This document shows, piece by piece, positions 33,401-41,800 of a stretch of DNA of 64,000 nt. Location of the stretch: positions 1 through 64,000 of the forward strand of contig CAZCME010000004.1 of NCBI GenBank assembly GCA_964499705.1, in the 5' to 3' direction. Source of the stretch: an uncultured bacterium. Lineage in GTDB: Bacteria; UBA8481. Position 1 is the first letter of the stretch. Each line of letters opens with the position of its first letter. The notes below the pieces were generated by a model. It was given only the letters and a program-made list of their open reading frames with translations, was not told the origin of the DNA and did no database searches. A program made the translations under genes and the position numbers.

Positions 33401-35753
33401 GGCGATAGGTCGCGGAGTCGCCGATGAACTTATTCGGCGCGACAAACCACGTATCGTTTCCCGATGCCGAGGCCGTGAAGGTCTCGCCTGCAAGAACGAC
33501 GCGAACTCCGCCGCTCGCGATAAGGGAACTATCCATGCCGTTGCCGAAATTCAGGCGGACAACAAAAGAAGTGATGGTGTCGAAGGGAAGCGGTTGTGAC
33601 AGCAGCGTATCGGCCAGCAGGGTTCCCTCCAGGAGCGAAACGGCTCCGCCGTTGACACGTGTATCCGGATGGATCGCAATGTTCGCGAGGGCGGAATCGA
33701 GGATGATGATCCTCGGCCTGTTGATGCTGATTCTTCGCCCCGTGTCGACGGTCACCGGCGGGCCCGCGACGCGAAAAAAGGTCGAGATCGAGTCATGAAG
33801 CAACTGCGCCGTGCACGTGCCGTTCGCGGGAGCCGTCGGCAGAAATGTGAGATGCACGGAGTAGGCGGCCGAATCGGCGATATATTTGGCGGGAGCCACG
33901 AACCATGTGTCGTTGCCCGAAGGACTCGCCGTGAACGTTTCTCCCGCCAGCACGACCTTCACTCCTCCGGACGCGAGCGCGAGGCTGTCCATCCCGTTGC
34001 CGAAATTCAGCCGCAGAGCGAATCGAGTGATGGTATCGTTCGGAAGCGGAGTCGTCAGAAGTGTGTCGGGCAGAATGCGACCGGTCAGCGCGGGGATATC
34101 GCTTCCGATCGACCGCGAGTCGGGATAAATCACGATGTCGCCGAGCGGCGAATCGGCCGTCATTACGCGGGGACGGGCGATCGACATGAGCCGGCTTCCC
34201 AACACGCTGTCGGATGGGCCGGCGGCACGATGACGGAACGTCACCGAATCGATCGGAATGAGGGCGCGCACCGTTCCGCTGACAGGAGCTGTTTCCCTCA
34301 ATGTGATCAGGATGGAATAGGTGGTGGAAGATCCGAACGGCTGATTGATCGTACCGGTCATGTATGAATCCGGCGCGGAAGCGGATGCCGCGATGCTGTC
34401 CGCGGTATGAATGACTCCATTGATCGTGACGCCGACGGACTCCACGTCGAGATACGTCATGCCCGCGCCGAACTGGAGCCGAAGGCCGAAGCGAAGGACG
34501 GTATCGCCGGCAAGGATCGGAGTGAGCAGCGTGTCTTCGAGAAGCGTTCCCCGGGCAAGAGTATAGGGCGCTCCCGAGGATCGCGAATCCGCGTGAACGA
34601 TCAAGGCGGCGAGCGGACTGTCCGAGAAGGAAGCGCGCGGGCGAATGAAGGTGATGATCCCGCTGGAATCGATGACCGTGACATTTCCGCGCCGAAACTT
34701 CGTGCCGACGGAGTCGACGGGGACCGTGCAGGCCATGAAGCTCTGGAGCGGAGGCGTATCCGCCGATGCCACCACGCGAAACGTGTCGCTCCCCCCCGCC
34801 AGCGCAAGGGACACCGTCGTAATGTTGCCAGCCGACCAGTGATTTCCGGTCGTCCGGGCCAGATCCACGCGCGTGTTACCCGGTCCCAACAGCAGCCAGG
34901 CACTGTCAACGCGGGAGCCGGCTGTGCCTCCAAAATGAACTCCGAAGCGAGAAAGACTGTCTCCGCCGACGGTTCGCGTTTCGCCTTGCAGGATTCCCTG
35001 AAAGGCCGTGAAGGGAGATTGTCCCGGCGCGCCGGAGTCCTGCAGCAGGAATCTGTTTCCCTGGATGACGCGTCCCGTCGAATCGGCGGAAACGCGAAAC
35101 TGGAATACGGGCCACTGGAGCGAATCTCCGACCGGATAATATTCCACCAATCCCGGCCCCGATTCGATGCCGACGCCCAGCGACGCGAGCTGCACGATGC
35201 TGAATACAATCCGCGTATCATGAAGATTCAGGTCGTTCCTTGTCCGAATGACGACCAGGAATGTTTCCGTGCCGGTCCCGAGAACGCGCGAGAGAGCGGA
35301 AAAGTTGTAGCGCGCCGTATCGTTGAAGGAAATCGCCGGAACCGAAACGGACGCGACATGGGAATCCGCCGCCGAGTGCAGCTGCCCGCCGTCCCCTTCC
35401 AAATACAGCTCGATCGTATCGATGATATTCGAGATAGCGACGGAACTGTCGAGCCGGCGGACGGTCAGATCGAGGCTTATGATGGTGTCGGAATTCGGCG
35501 TCGTTCCCCGCGCGCCGAATACGGCCGCGGTATTGAAATGAAATCTGGCGACGCCTCCCGGAATGAGACTGGAGTCCGCTCCGGCCGTTCGCACGTAGGC
35601 GACATGGCTCTCCCCGCGCGCCACGGAATCCGCTCCAAGATGCGCATGCGCCGCGGGAGCCGCCATGAGCAGAATCGCCACGAGCGCCGAATGAAAAACA
35701 AGATGAGGGATATTCCGAATCAGATCTGCGCGAGGTATGGAAGCGCGGGCCAT
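24438..35753 (-). CDS. Giant secreted repeat protein 1 (~3,770 aa) with FN3-like, Ig-like and T9SS-type C-terminal sorting domains
   Basis: Signal peptide ending AAHA-H; beta-rich repeats with HPD(S/T)R; C-terminal GPNPYIP...IEIYTLFGEKI...WGA..SNGRPVASGVYLYVV......KLAIIR; SD GGAG before ATG 35753. Confidence 0.85.
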   Translation of the reverse strand: MARASIPRADLIRNIPHLVFHSALVAILLMAAPAAHAHLGADSVARGESHVAYVRTAGADSSLIPGGVARFHFNTAAVFGARGTTPNSDTIISLDLTVRRLDSSVAISNIIDTIELYLEGDGGQLHSAADSHVASVSVPAISFNDTARYNFSALSRVLGTGTETFLVVIRTRNDLNLHDTRIVFSIVQLASLGVGIESGPGLVEYYPVGDSLQWPVFQFRVSADSTGRVIQGNRFLLQDSGAPGQSPFTAFQGILQGETRTVGGDSLSRFGVHFGGTAGSRVDSAWLLLGPGNTRVDLARTTGNHWSAGNITTVSLALAGGSDTFRVVASADTPPLQSFMACTVPVDSVGTKFRRGNVTVIDSSGIITFIRPRASFSDSPLAALIVHADSRSSGAPYTLARGTLLEDTLLTPILAGDTVLRFGLRLQFGAGMTYLDVESVGVTINGVIHTADSIAASASAPDSYMTGTINQPFGSSTTYSILITLRETAPVSGTVRALIPIDSVTFRHRAAGPSDSVLGSRLMSIARPRVMTADSPLGDIVIYPDSRSIGSDIPALTGRILPDTLLTTPLPNDTITRFALRLNFGNGMDSLALASGGVKVVLAGETFTASPSGNDTWFVAPAKYIADSAAYSVHLTFLPTAPANGTCTAQLLHDSISTFFRVAGPPVTVDTGRRISINRPRIIILDSALANIAIHPDTRVNGGAVSLLEGTLLADTLLSQPLPFDTITSFVVRLNFGNGMDSSLIASGGVRVVLAGETFTASASGNDTWFVAPNKFIGDSATYRLVLTTLPNSPVNGTCSASLLPDSISTLFRSTGPAVSVDTGRTIRIARPRVAITDSVLPALFVHPDTRVLDSFLVAAGRIEADTLLAPSLTNDTLTYFAVRLTFSTGISATSLIDSGLRIHLADSIYVPSRVGDTLFIVPDRFFADSITYAVYLQLNRNAPQGETIGAIVAIDSIRTSFRDSGPSAGIDTARVTVFKQDIILQMNALANGSGHPDTRVSRASTADSFTVDSFLLASGSARADTVSGIGGDTLERFGIRLTLSGINASDVDSVAIVINTETFRAVNSPAGSDSWFIAPNVVVTDTWTFRVHATFRESATVGATVVVAIPAESIVTTFRDSGPFSVAGSGNTFTCSRPLLGLAARLLAVPGEDTIDPIVAFTTPVRVFDGIFRVDSSLIEPDYDTLQAIQIRFGGSARDSVYNASFQFKVGGPRIFFTNIDPNPADNAMGDTWIITGLDSTVRSGDSLSIIVNLADTCTIGTDLASFITIAGCTAAWSAPGPGQGLDSSGLYKISTVPISLGMWNLGDTSIPPWEIFGSNPTLVCSGIIYARVGPVITPVYDTLTHFGVSFDTIGAGMTADSIVSVRLYLMPSVVRPGGDTISLDSYLDNPRSWRFRTGTSDTLVAREQPFQVFATFRDTTLNAQNLRGIAGRGDFVFARIPRDSVNSTITSGLAGETHSARSVHFVFTDTTTITQNRNYADTTFNPDSRYSDVPFVLFAGRINGVNAKVIRASDSAAQQWQPGVGDSLIYFAIRIFSANAGEFAADSVSAVTVMLSDSGRPIILTRGASAPAVPLGDNIWHWSASIDSRLLGPDNSDTFLVFATVMDTIPSGSRLRAEMFSDSVRTLYQADSIPRNTILGSRTVTLNKPAFAMTVVTLSDTTVAPFRAQNDSTVAMQGRFTSTQIPIDTILTFGVRMTGLGSTVGESYSLRMRFEPGATQPGRETTLVLLDTGSTSPTYRLSAPIVVDSAQAFTIRMVLNDSPIRYAGDSLSFIIPTDSVTALFAQGAAGNLSCSRIIRINYLDTVVITDQPLADTTIHPDSRARMNPFIAFTGTIRGQTSASALSDTLQRIGFRFTGTTIAPSGDSIVAAWVQIETSGLGISDSISLFPDGVGRWMSNVTKTLLPSAAVPCTLVVQIAENVTLGSTLRAVIDADSFHTFFTNRPDSSVTASRTVTFGKPSFSIASSSLADTTVTPFRIQNDSTTALQGKFTSTYAPSDSLAVLRVKLVGSAGIRGESLTVRLFLDSAALIPAGEVILALADTSIATSPVFALGAAVTIDTGQNFSVRVATTDSPLRYIGQSFTALIETASSSLLTGQAGNISCSRVIRYNFIDTVTVTDSALTDTTIHPDSRARMNPYIAFIGTVRGQASASAIPDTLQRIGFRFTGSAITSAGDSIVAAWVQVESAGLASSDSISLFPNGIGRWFANLTETIPSTSAVRCTLHVQIAENVALGTTMRAVIDADSFHTTLANRPDSSVTASRLVTFGKTSFTIAAATLSDTTVSPFREQNDSTIALQGKFAATFEPSDSLANFQVKLVGSAGIRGESLTVRLFLDAGSFTPASETTMILLTPGTSNPIYSIQASATVDSGQSFTVRVATTDSPLIYIGQSITAIIDSASTAFLSGQLGNISCSRVIRFNHVDTVAVTDSALADTTIHPDSRARMNPFIAFIGTVRGQTSASALRDTLQRIGFRFTGSAITDSGDSIVAAWVQIETAGLAASDSISLFPNGIGRWFANVSETIPSSSGLRCTLVVQIAENVALGTTLRAVIDADSFHTALTNRPDSSVTASRAITFGKPFFAIAPATLPDTTVSPFRVQNDSTVALQGKFSSTFVPSDSLVVFRAKLFCSPGLTGEQLSTRLFLDAGSITPAREITLTLVTPSTSSPVFSLPASVTIDSGQSFTVRVATADSPLRFIGQSFTALIETVSSAFLTGSVGNISCSRVIRYNHVDTVLVSDSALANITVHPDSRLQQNPFIALVGTVRGQTSATAATDSLQRLAFRFTGDGASGGDSVRAAWVLVDRAGGGWDTFILVRQEASGWTTTRMDSPIIFGSVISCTLVAEVFDTVQLGAGIRVRIDPDSVHTFLTNRPDLPVTASRNITFGAPKSASFMDTLSSKSWVHPIFALRNNPNWLRSRSQDSNPTVIMSGLIGGDSAGIPVVTTLGDTLQIFTIVFTGAVIGHIDTVTLTLSPGESIIPLAKQLAAGGQETWGIANQSYGFTAEDPAGETFFVTIRIAETVPQAATLFAWIPAHGLKTLYRDTGPGAAATSSCTFTYRRDSMFIHTEPRNPSLTATIQRGDTKEIAWFIPRSDVEADTLHSLLIRILGSDTSRMFSFDTVTLYRDANRNRRFDSEAFDTSGNIVRDALVGYFRNDSMGLFADGWRLVRYLPDSAGTAMPTDTQLQSFNQGPGPLSPDTSEYLIVVRLVDTGLPTVRVVFPALGADGWYTESGPPADVYYDTYIVIVPDRIPPLPPDNFTVTTNPGLLVITFNPSPSGDTGMTGGQYNLFWDSGLGLYPNALLKTFAHVSGQLFYSLTLPDSTTSMNADSQYRFLIVSQDLAGNKSTASAIITAVFRGLTSASPAASVRFVTPQAGERIHYDTNLVVNRIPLVAQLVLGTASDIIQVKFKLRPQALSGFGYSTIGVAQDSSFDASGNVFYSFLWETSTLKADSYEIVAVAVTSQGEDTYATSVGITLQQPGFVGDTGTLTYLVLAGDERAAEDSVYQEQQVSTRSAADVVVIRSASGIFDAVLNLAQGSIPTDTARVTSRATRDTYTEEMLAAIRSAGCAIPRYWAHLALTGAGGNFLQGALSTITINYIDANQNGYDDSTGIDMSKARIYTLNAAGQLELLDNIVWNRTRRTLTGTIRHFSPFFISNDTGISDQGLTRLLVGPNPYIPNDANDENGRMWSPGDATSGILFKNLTPQTRIEIYTLFGEKIIEIKKNNANATVNWGAISSNGRPVASGVYLYVVTDDATGQRVTGKLAIIR
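27090..30810 (-). repeat. Four tandem ~927-933-bp (~310-aa) two-domain repeats within giant protein 1
   Basis: The PFR.QNDST anchor recurs at about 30731, 29798, 28868 and 27941. Confidence 0.85.
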
Positions 35754-35838
35754 TATTTTCTCCGACGTAGAAGCAGTGTTCAAGGCTGCCCGTATTATAG
35801 AGCCATCACATCGGAGAAATCACCCGAAAAATGGGATT

Positions 35839-37818
35839 TCAGCCCTCCTTCGCTTCAGCCTCGGGTTCCGGAGAAACAGGTTGCGGGCGGCGGCGCCAAA
35901 GCATGAGGTCCTTGTATTCATACGTCATGATCATCTTGGGAAACAGGAGCGCCGAAAAGGATGCAGGCACAAAATGACGTCGTGGGCGCACGGCCACAAG
36001 CTCGTACCGGGCCCCGAACGCCGCAAGCGTATCGGGCAACGGCTTGAGGGAGTCGCCAAAGACATCGATGATATAGTCGGCGTCCTGGGGAGACGGGTGC
36101 GGCACGAGATGGTGCCGGAATCTCCAGTCGTATCGGAAAAAGTCGAAGTCGGGCAAGGTCGCGGAAATCCATGTTTGCGGCGCTCTCAGGATGTTGAGCG
36201 TGAAAGAGTCGGTATTCTCGGCGACCGTAAGCATCGTCGTCACGGAGGAGCCGGGCTTCATGGTCTCGTTCATCATGTTTCCGAATTCCCTGTTCCGGTC
36301 CTTCATGTCCTGAAGGCTCATGTTGTAGATATGCGAATAGGCGACGTTGTAGCCCCCCACGAGCAGCATGAGGATCATCCCCACGGCGGGACTTCTCGTA
36401 AGGACCGGCGACCAGGCGGCGGCATTCAGGATCACGAAATACGAGATGGCGACCAACGCCAGGTAGTGCAGGCTCTGATGCAGCCAGATGGAATTATAGA
36501 TAAGCGTCACGAGCATGAAGGGAAGGGCCCATATCGAAAGCGCGATGAGGGGTTCCGGTTTCTCGAATTTCCGACGGACGATTCGAAGGAATACGAGTGC
36601 CAGGGCCGGAAGGGAGAGAATCAGGAGCGGGTAATTGATGCCGTAAGCAATGCCGTCCGCGATCCCGCGAACGACGATTCGAAGGCTAGCTTCCGAAGGA
36701 AGATTCCTGCCGAAATTCCATAGGTTGAAGGGATTGGCCTGGTTCGCTTCGCTCCGGACGATATCGAGCTCGAAAAGCCAGTAGGGACTGACGATCAGAA
36801 AAGAAATCGCGACAACGCACCCGTAACGGACCAGATCTTTCACCGCCGCAAATGATCGATCGGCCAGATCCCGACGCCCCTCCATGAATACAGGAAGAAA
36901 CCTGGCCACCGCCATGAGCGCCGCGATGAACCCGACGACGTAATTGCTGGCCAGGGCCAGGCCCGCGAAGATGGCGGAAAGAGCGAAGCATTTTCTTCCC
37001 CGGTTTTCCATGTAGGCCAGTGTCCAGTAGAGGGAGAGAAAAGCCCAGAGCGCGCCCGTCATGTAGGGTTTGGCGAGATGACCGAAGAGGACGAAATACG
37101 GCAGCGCGGAGGTGACGGCGATCGCGAAGCACGCCGCATTCGGGCCGTAAAGCCGGGAGACCGCGAGACCGAGAATAAGAATCGCGAGCAGGCCGCATAC
37201 AGTGCCCCAGCTGCGAGCCGCAATGTACATGGTTCGCGAGATTTTCGGATAGGTCAGTATCTGCGGAAGCGAAAGCGCCCTGAAGCCGTGCTTCGCGATG
37301 GTTGCGGCTCCCACGATCGCGGCCGCCGGATAGATGTAGGCCCCTCCGTAGAAAAACCATTTCGGATTGAAATTGAGATTCTGCGGCTTGAGCCGCCCCA
37401 GAGCCGCCATCGTATTCGGTTCGTCGCCGTAAATGGACCCGAGGATCTGCTTCCGGATGAGCCTTGGAAACCAGGCTCGAACGCGAAAGGAATCCGATCC
37501 ATCCGTCGAAAGGACAACGGTATCATCGGCGGTGTCCTCCGCCTGGCGGGCCATGTATTGCTCCAGCGTCAATTCCTTCGGCATGTCGAAGGAGAAGACC
37601 TTCGCGTGAGCCTGTTCCCTGTCAGCGATCATGATTTTGACGAGCTCAGGATATTTTTCGGCGTACCGGGTGATGACATCCGCCTTGTAGTCGCTGATCA
37701 TGCCGGCGTCGATCATGTAAAAGCCTTCGAAGATCGCGGCGCAGTAGAAGAGGCAGGCGAGAAAAAAGTATCCACGATGAGCGCCGTCGTGAAACGCGCT
37801 CCGCAAAGCTGAAAACAT
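35839..37818 (-). CDS. GT-C-fold membrane glycosyltransferase (GT39/PMT/ArnT-like)
   Basis: Many TM segments; first loop YGDE...NFNPKWFFYGG.YIYP; AARSW, HLAKP; soluble C-terminal domain. Confidence 0.7.
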   Translation of the reverse strand: MFSALRSAFHDGAHRGYFFLACLFYCAAIFEGFYMIDAGMISDYKADVITRYAEKYPELVKIMIADREQAHAKVFSFDMPKELTLEQYMARQAEDTADDTVVLSTDGSDSFRVRAWFPRLIRKQILGSIYGDEPNTMAALGRLKPQNLNFNPKWFFYGGAYIYPAAAIVGAATIAKHGFRALSLPQILTYPKISRTMYIAARSWGTVCGLLAILILGLAVSRLYGPNAACFAIAVTSALPYFVLFGHLAKPYMTGALWAFLSLYWTLAYMENRGRKCFALSAIFAGLALASNYVVGFIAALMAVARFLPVFMEGRRDLADRSFAAVKDLVRYGCVVAISFLIVSPYWLFELDIVRSEANQANPFNLWNFGRNLPSEASLRIVVRGIADGIAYGINYPLLILSLPALALVFLRIVRRKFEKPEPLIALSIWALPFMLVTLIYNSIWLHQSLHYLALVAISYFVILNAAAWSPVLTRSPAVGMILMLLVGGYNVAYSHIYNMSLQDMKDRNREFGNMMNETMKPGSSVTTMLTVAENTDSFTLNILRAPQTWISATLPDFDFFRYDWRFRHHLVPHPSPQDADYIIDVFGDSLKPLPDTLAAFGARYELVAVRPRRHFVPASFSALLFPKMIMTYEYKDLMLWRRRPQPVSPEPEAEAKEG

Positions 37819-37846
37819 CGGCTACTTCAGAAAGCGGAGAAGAAGG

Positions 37847-38779
37847 TCAGTAATTCGGCCCGAATTTGTAATTCAGCGAGATGCGGTGATTGTTGCCGAG
37901 ATTACCATAAGGGACAAAGGCGTAATCGATGCAGAGATCGTTGACCTTGACGCCGATACCGCCCGTCAGTCCGTCGTCAGCATCGACGCGTCCGTCCCAG
38001 CCGATCCGGAGAGCCACCATTTCCATGATGCGGGCTTCGGCTCCGACCTGGGCGGTGACATCCTGGTCGCGAACCTTCTCCGCTTCAGCGGTGATGGTCA
38101 AACGGTTATCGAACAAGTCGACCGCCGCGCCTCCACGAACAAGCAATGGAAGATCTTCGGAAGTGTTGTTGAACTTGACCTTGGACCCCAGATTGGCGCC
38201 GGTCACGCCGACGCGAATAGGAAGGTTGGAGGGCCGGATGACGAGGCCAAGATCCGCCATGACCGAGGTCGCCGATACGTTGTCGATCTGCTGATTGAGA
38301 ACTTTACCGGTGATACCAAAGCCGAAGTATTCGTTGAACTGACGGCCGTAGGCGCCCTTGAAGACGAAATCCTGACCGCCGAAGGAGGTGGACGGGGTCT
38401 GGTTGTTGATGACATCCGCCAGCGTCACTCGCTGCGTTTTTCCGTAATCGAGATACGTGAGCCCGAGGCCCCAGCTTGAGACATTGTTGATGGGATGCGT
38501 GACCGCAATTTCTCCGTGACCGATATCGAGGACGAGATTCTGATACATCGCCTGAACTTCGGCGCGATTCGTGAAGCCAAGGCCCGCCGGGTTGTAATGC
38601 ATCGCGGCGACACCCCAGGTGTTCGCGACGCCGGCGTCTCCCATCGCGGGCTGCGCCGCTCCGGAGCCGAGTCTCAACACGGAGCCGCTTGTCGCGCCCG
38701 CGTCATTCGAATTCGACGCGGCGCTCGCGCTCATCGCAACGCCCGCCACCATCACTGCCGCCAGAACCGTCCGCATCAT
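37847..38779 (-). CDS. PorV/PorQ-like outer-membrane beta-barrel, copy 2 (alternative start 38809)
   Basis: Signal peptide; GSVLRLGSGAAQPAMGDAG...AMHYNPAGL; ends DYAFVPYGNLGNNHRISLNYKFGPNY. Confidence 0.85.
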   Translation of the reverse strand: MMRTVLAAVMVAGVAMSASAASNSNDAGATSGSVLRLGSGAAQPAMGDAGVANTWGVAAMHYNPAGLGFTNRAEVQAMYQNLVLDIGHGEIAVTHPINNVSSWGLGLTYLDYGKTQRVTLADVINNQTPSTSFGGQDFVFKGAYGRQFNEYFGFGITGKVLNQQIDNVSATSVMADLGLVIRPSNLPIRVGVTGANLGSKVKFNNTSEDLPLLVRGGAAVDLFDNRLTITAEAEKVRDQDVTAQVGAEARIMEMVALRIGWDGRVDADDGLTGGIGVKVNDLCIDYAFVPYGNLGNNHRISLNYKFGPNY

Positions 38780-38805
38780 GTTCCTACTCTCCAAGCCTCT
38801 GTGTC

Positions 38806-41800
38806 TCATCGGATCACCGCCACTTTACCGGTGACTCTTTGTCCAGTAGCCACATCCGTAACCACGTAGAGGTAGTAGCCGCTCGTGACCGGCTTTCCAT
38901 TGTCGTTGATGACGCCCCAGTTCACGGCGCCGTTGTTGTCGTTCTTGTTGATCTCGGTGATCTTCTCACCGAGGATCGTGTAGATCTCGATCCTGACCCG
39001 CACCGGCAGGTTCTTGAAGATGATACCCGTCGTCGCGTCTCCCGGCACCCATGCCCGGCCCGTCTGGTCATTGCCGTCGTTCGGCATGAACGGATTCGGA
39101 CCGACGAGGAGCGAATTGAGCCCGTTCGTCACGATGCCCGTGTCGTTGGTGACGAAGAACGGCGAGAAGTGCTTCACCGTTCCCGAGACCGTGTTGAGAT
39201 CCGGATCGCGGACGAGGTTCTGGAGTCTCTCCAGCTTGCCGTCGCCGCCGACCGTGTAGATCCTCGCCTTGGCCATGTCGACGAATGAGGAGTCGTCGAC
39301 TTCGTCATTGTTCGCGTCGATGTAGTTGATCGTGATCGTCGCGCCGGCGCCGAGGCTTGTGTCGTTGGTGTTCTGTTGAATCGAGAAGTTGGCGAAGTAT
39401 TTCGGAATCTCGCAACCCATCGCACGGATCTGGGTCTGAAGAGTTTCGCCCATACCGCCGCGCTGGAGCGAGCCGACAATCCTGGCCGTATCCGAACGCA
39501 ACGATCCGAAGTTGAGCTTCAGCACGATATCGAAGGCTCCCGTCGGCGTGCGCAACTGGAGAATGTCTCCTGTGGCACGCGTGGTGACCTGCTGCTCGAT
39601 AAAGGCCGTGTCGCTCGGCGTTGTGGAATCGCCGGGGTTGTATGTCGATTCGCCGTAGACCGTGAAGTACTGTGAAAGCGACGTGTCGGTTGTCAGAGGA
39701 TCGCTGTCGACGTCCTGGAACCCGACGACCGAGAAGCTGATGCTGCTGGCGTACGTGTCGCGTCCAACAGCCGTGATGGCGACCGCGCGGACTTCAAAGG
39801 AATCCACGACTGTGCCTGCACGAGCCTGAGCCGAGAGGAAGTTGGCGACATCTGTTTCCAGAATCGCCGAGTAGTAGACATCGCCCGCGTCGTCGTAGGA
39901 CGAGTCCGCGGTGGTTGAGAACGGATGGTAAACGAAGCCGGGCTCCACAAGCTTGCGGATGCCGAACTCGATGCCCGTGACCTGCGTTGCCGTCGTCTTG
40001 TCCGTCAGCTTGGCGACAAAGTTAATGCGGTTCCTTGCCGTCGGCGAAGCGAAGTTGAACCAGATCGCGTCCCCGGCATTCGGCGAAATCATCTGCGCCG
40101 AAGCGACCGGCGGAACCGAGAGCGTCGAGCGGAAGACCGCCGTGATAACGGGCGCCGCCGGGCTGGCATTGCCGGCCGAGTCGAACGCCTGCAGGGAGAA
40201 TCGATAGGCGGAATCCGAGAAGAGCTGCGCCGTCGAATCGGGCAGCGAGATGGTGTAAGCCAGCTGGCCCGAGACATGATTGACGGTCTTCAGGATCTGC
40301 TGCGGGTAGAGACCCAGGCCTGAATCCCAGAAGAGCACATACTTGCCGTTGGTCATGCCGGTGTCGCCGGATGGCGACGGACTCCACGTGATCGACAGCG
40401 AACCGGCATTGACCGTGATCGTGAAGTCGACCGGAGTGAGCGGAGCGATTGTATCGTTCGCACCTACCGCGAAGGACTCATAAGAGACCTCTTGGCCAGC
40501 TTGCGCCGTGACTGGACCGGATTCCATATAGGGACCCGTGCAGCCCATGGCGACGATCGATGCAGTGACCGTCGTGCACTGGGTATCCGAAACCTTGACC
40601 GTCACGCAAATGATGTATTCCTGCGTGTCGACCGTCGGGAAGAAGGGGGTCTCCGTGGAGAGCGTATCCGTGGAGAACCCGCGCGCACGCTCCGATGCTT
40701 CCGTAGAGGCCGCGTTGAGCGGATTGCGCGTGAGAGTCCAGAGATCGGACGTCGCGCTAACCGAGGTGAAGAAACCAACCAGCGTATCCGTCGCGAACTG
40801 AGACGAGTCTGCCGGGTTGACAAACCGTGACTCCCAGATTCTTGACCTGTTGAAGTCCTTGTAGAGCTGGACTGTGTCGATGCTGCCCGCCAGGCCGGCC
40901 GTTCCGCGGAGGCGGATGGTCATGCCCACGATGACAGCAGTCTCGAGATCGGCCTTCGGCACGAACCACATGACAGCCTTCGTCTCGCCGCGTTCGACAA
41001 GTCTCGTAACCGACGGGTGCGGCGGCTCCGTGTGGATGAAGAAGGAGTCGCGTCTGAAGGTGAAGACGCTGCCGACAGTCTGATTCAGAGCCGTGCCCGT
41101 ATCGCGGAACTTCGTCTTGATCGAGGAAGCCCAGATCTGAGGCTCGATCGTCGATGCCTGCGCGATCGTCTCCGCGACCTGAATCGTCACGAAGAATGTG
41201 TCGCTGGCCGCATCTCCGTCAATGGCGGAGAAGACTGTATCGATATTCAGGTGGCCCCACGTCTCATAAGTTGCTTCCGTGCCGAGCCGCGTCAGAACAA
41301 TCGTGCGGAGCGGCGCGCCGACGAGATTATTCGGCATCGTCATGGTGCAGGCGATGATGCTGGAATCCGCCGTCGCGGGCCGCACGAAGGTGACCTTGAA
41401 GACGCGGAGAGTGTCGCCGGTGACCTGGATGGTCGGCAGCGCGGAGCTGTCGCCATCGATCTTGCCGGAGAGCACCACGATCGGATTGGACTCCTGACCG
41501 CGGCTTCTCAGCCAGTTCGGATGCTGACGGATCGCAAGAACCGGGTGCACCCACGCCTGTGAGGCTCGCGTGTCAATGACCACTTCGGAACGTGGCGTCC
41601 CGAAGGTGATCGTACGTCCCGTCGCCGAGAAGACTCCGCCCAGCGGTGTATCCTGCGAGTAGTACGTGTTGATCGAGTCAGGCATCATCTGGAGCGTCAT
41701 CGTCGTATTTAGAGCGACGGACTCCGCGATCCGCACGTACACCGTGCAGTGCATCCAACCGAGGTACGGCAGCGGCGAATCGATGCGGTTGAAGAACCAG

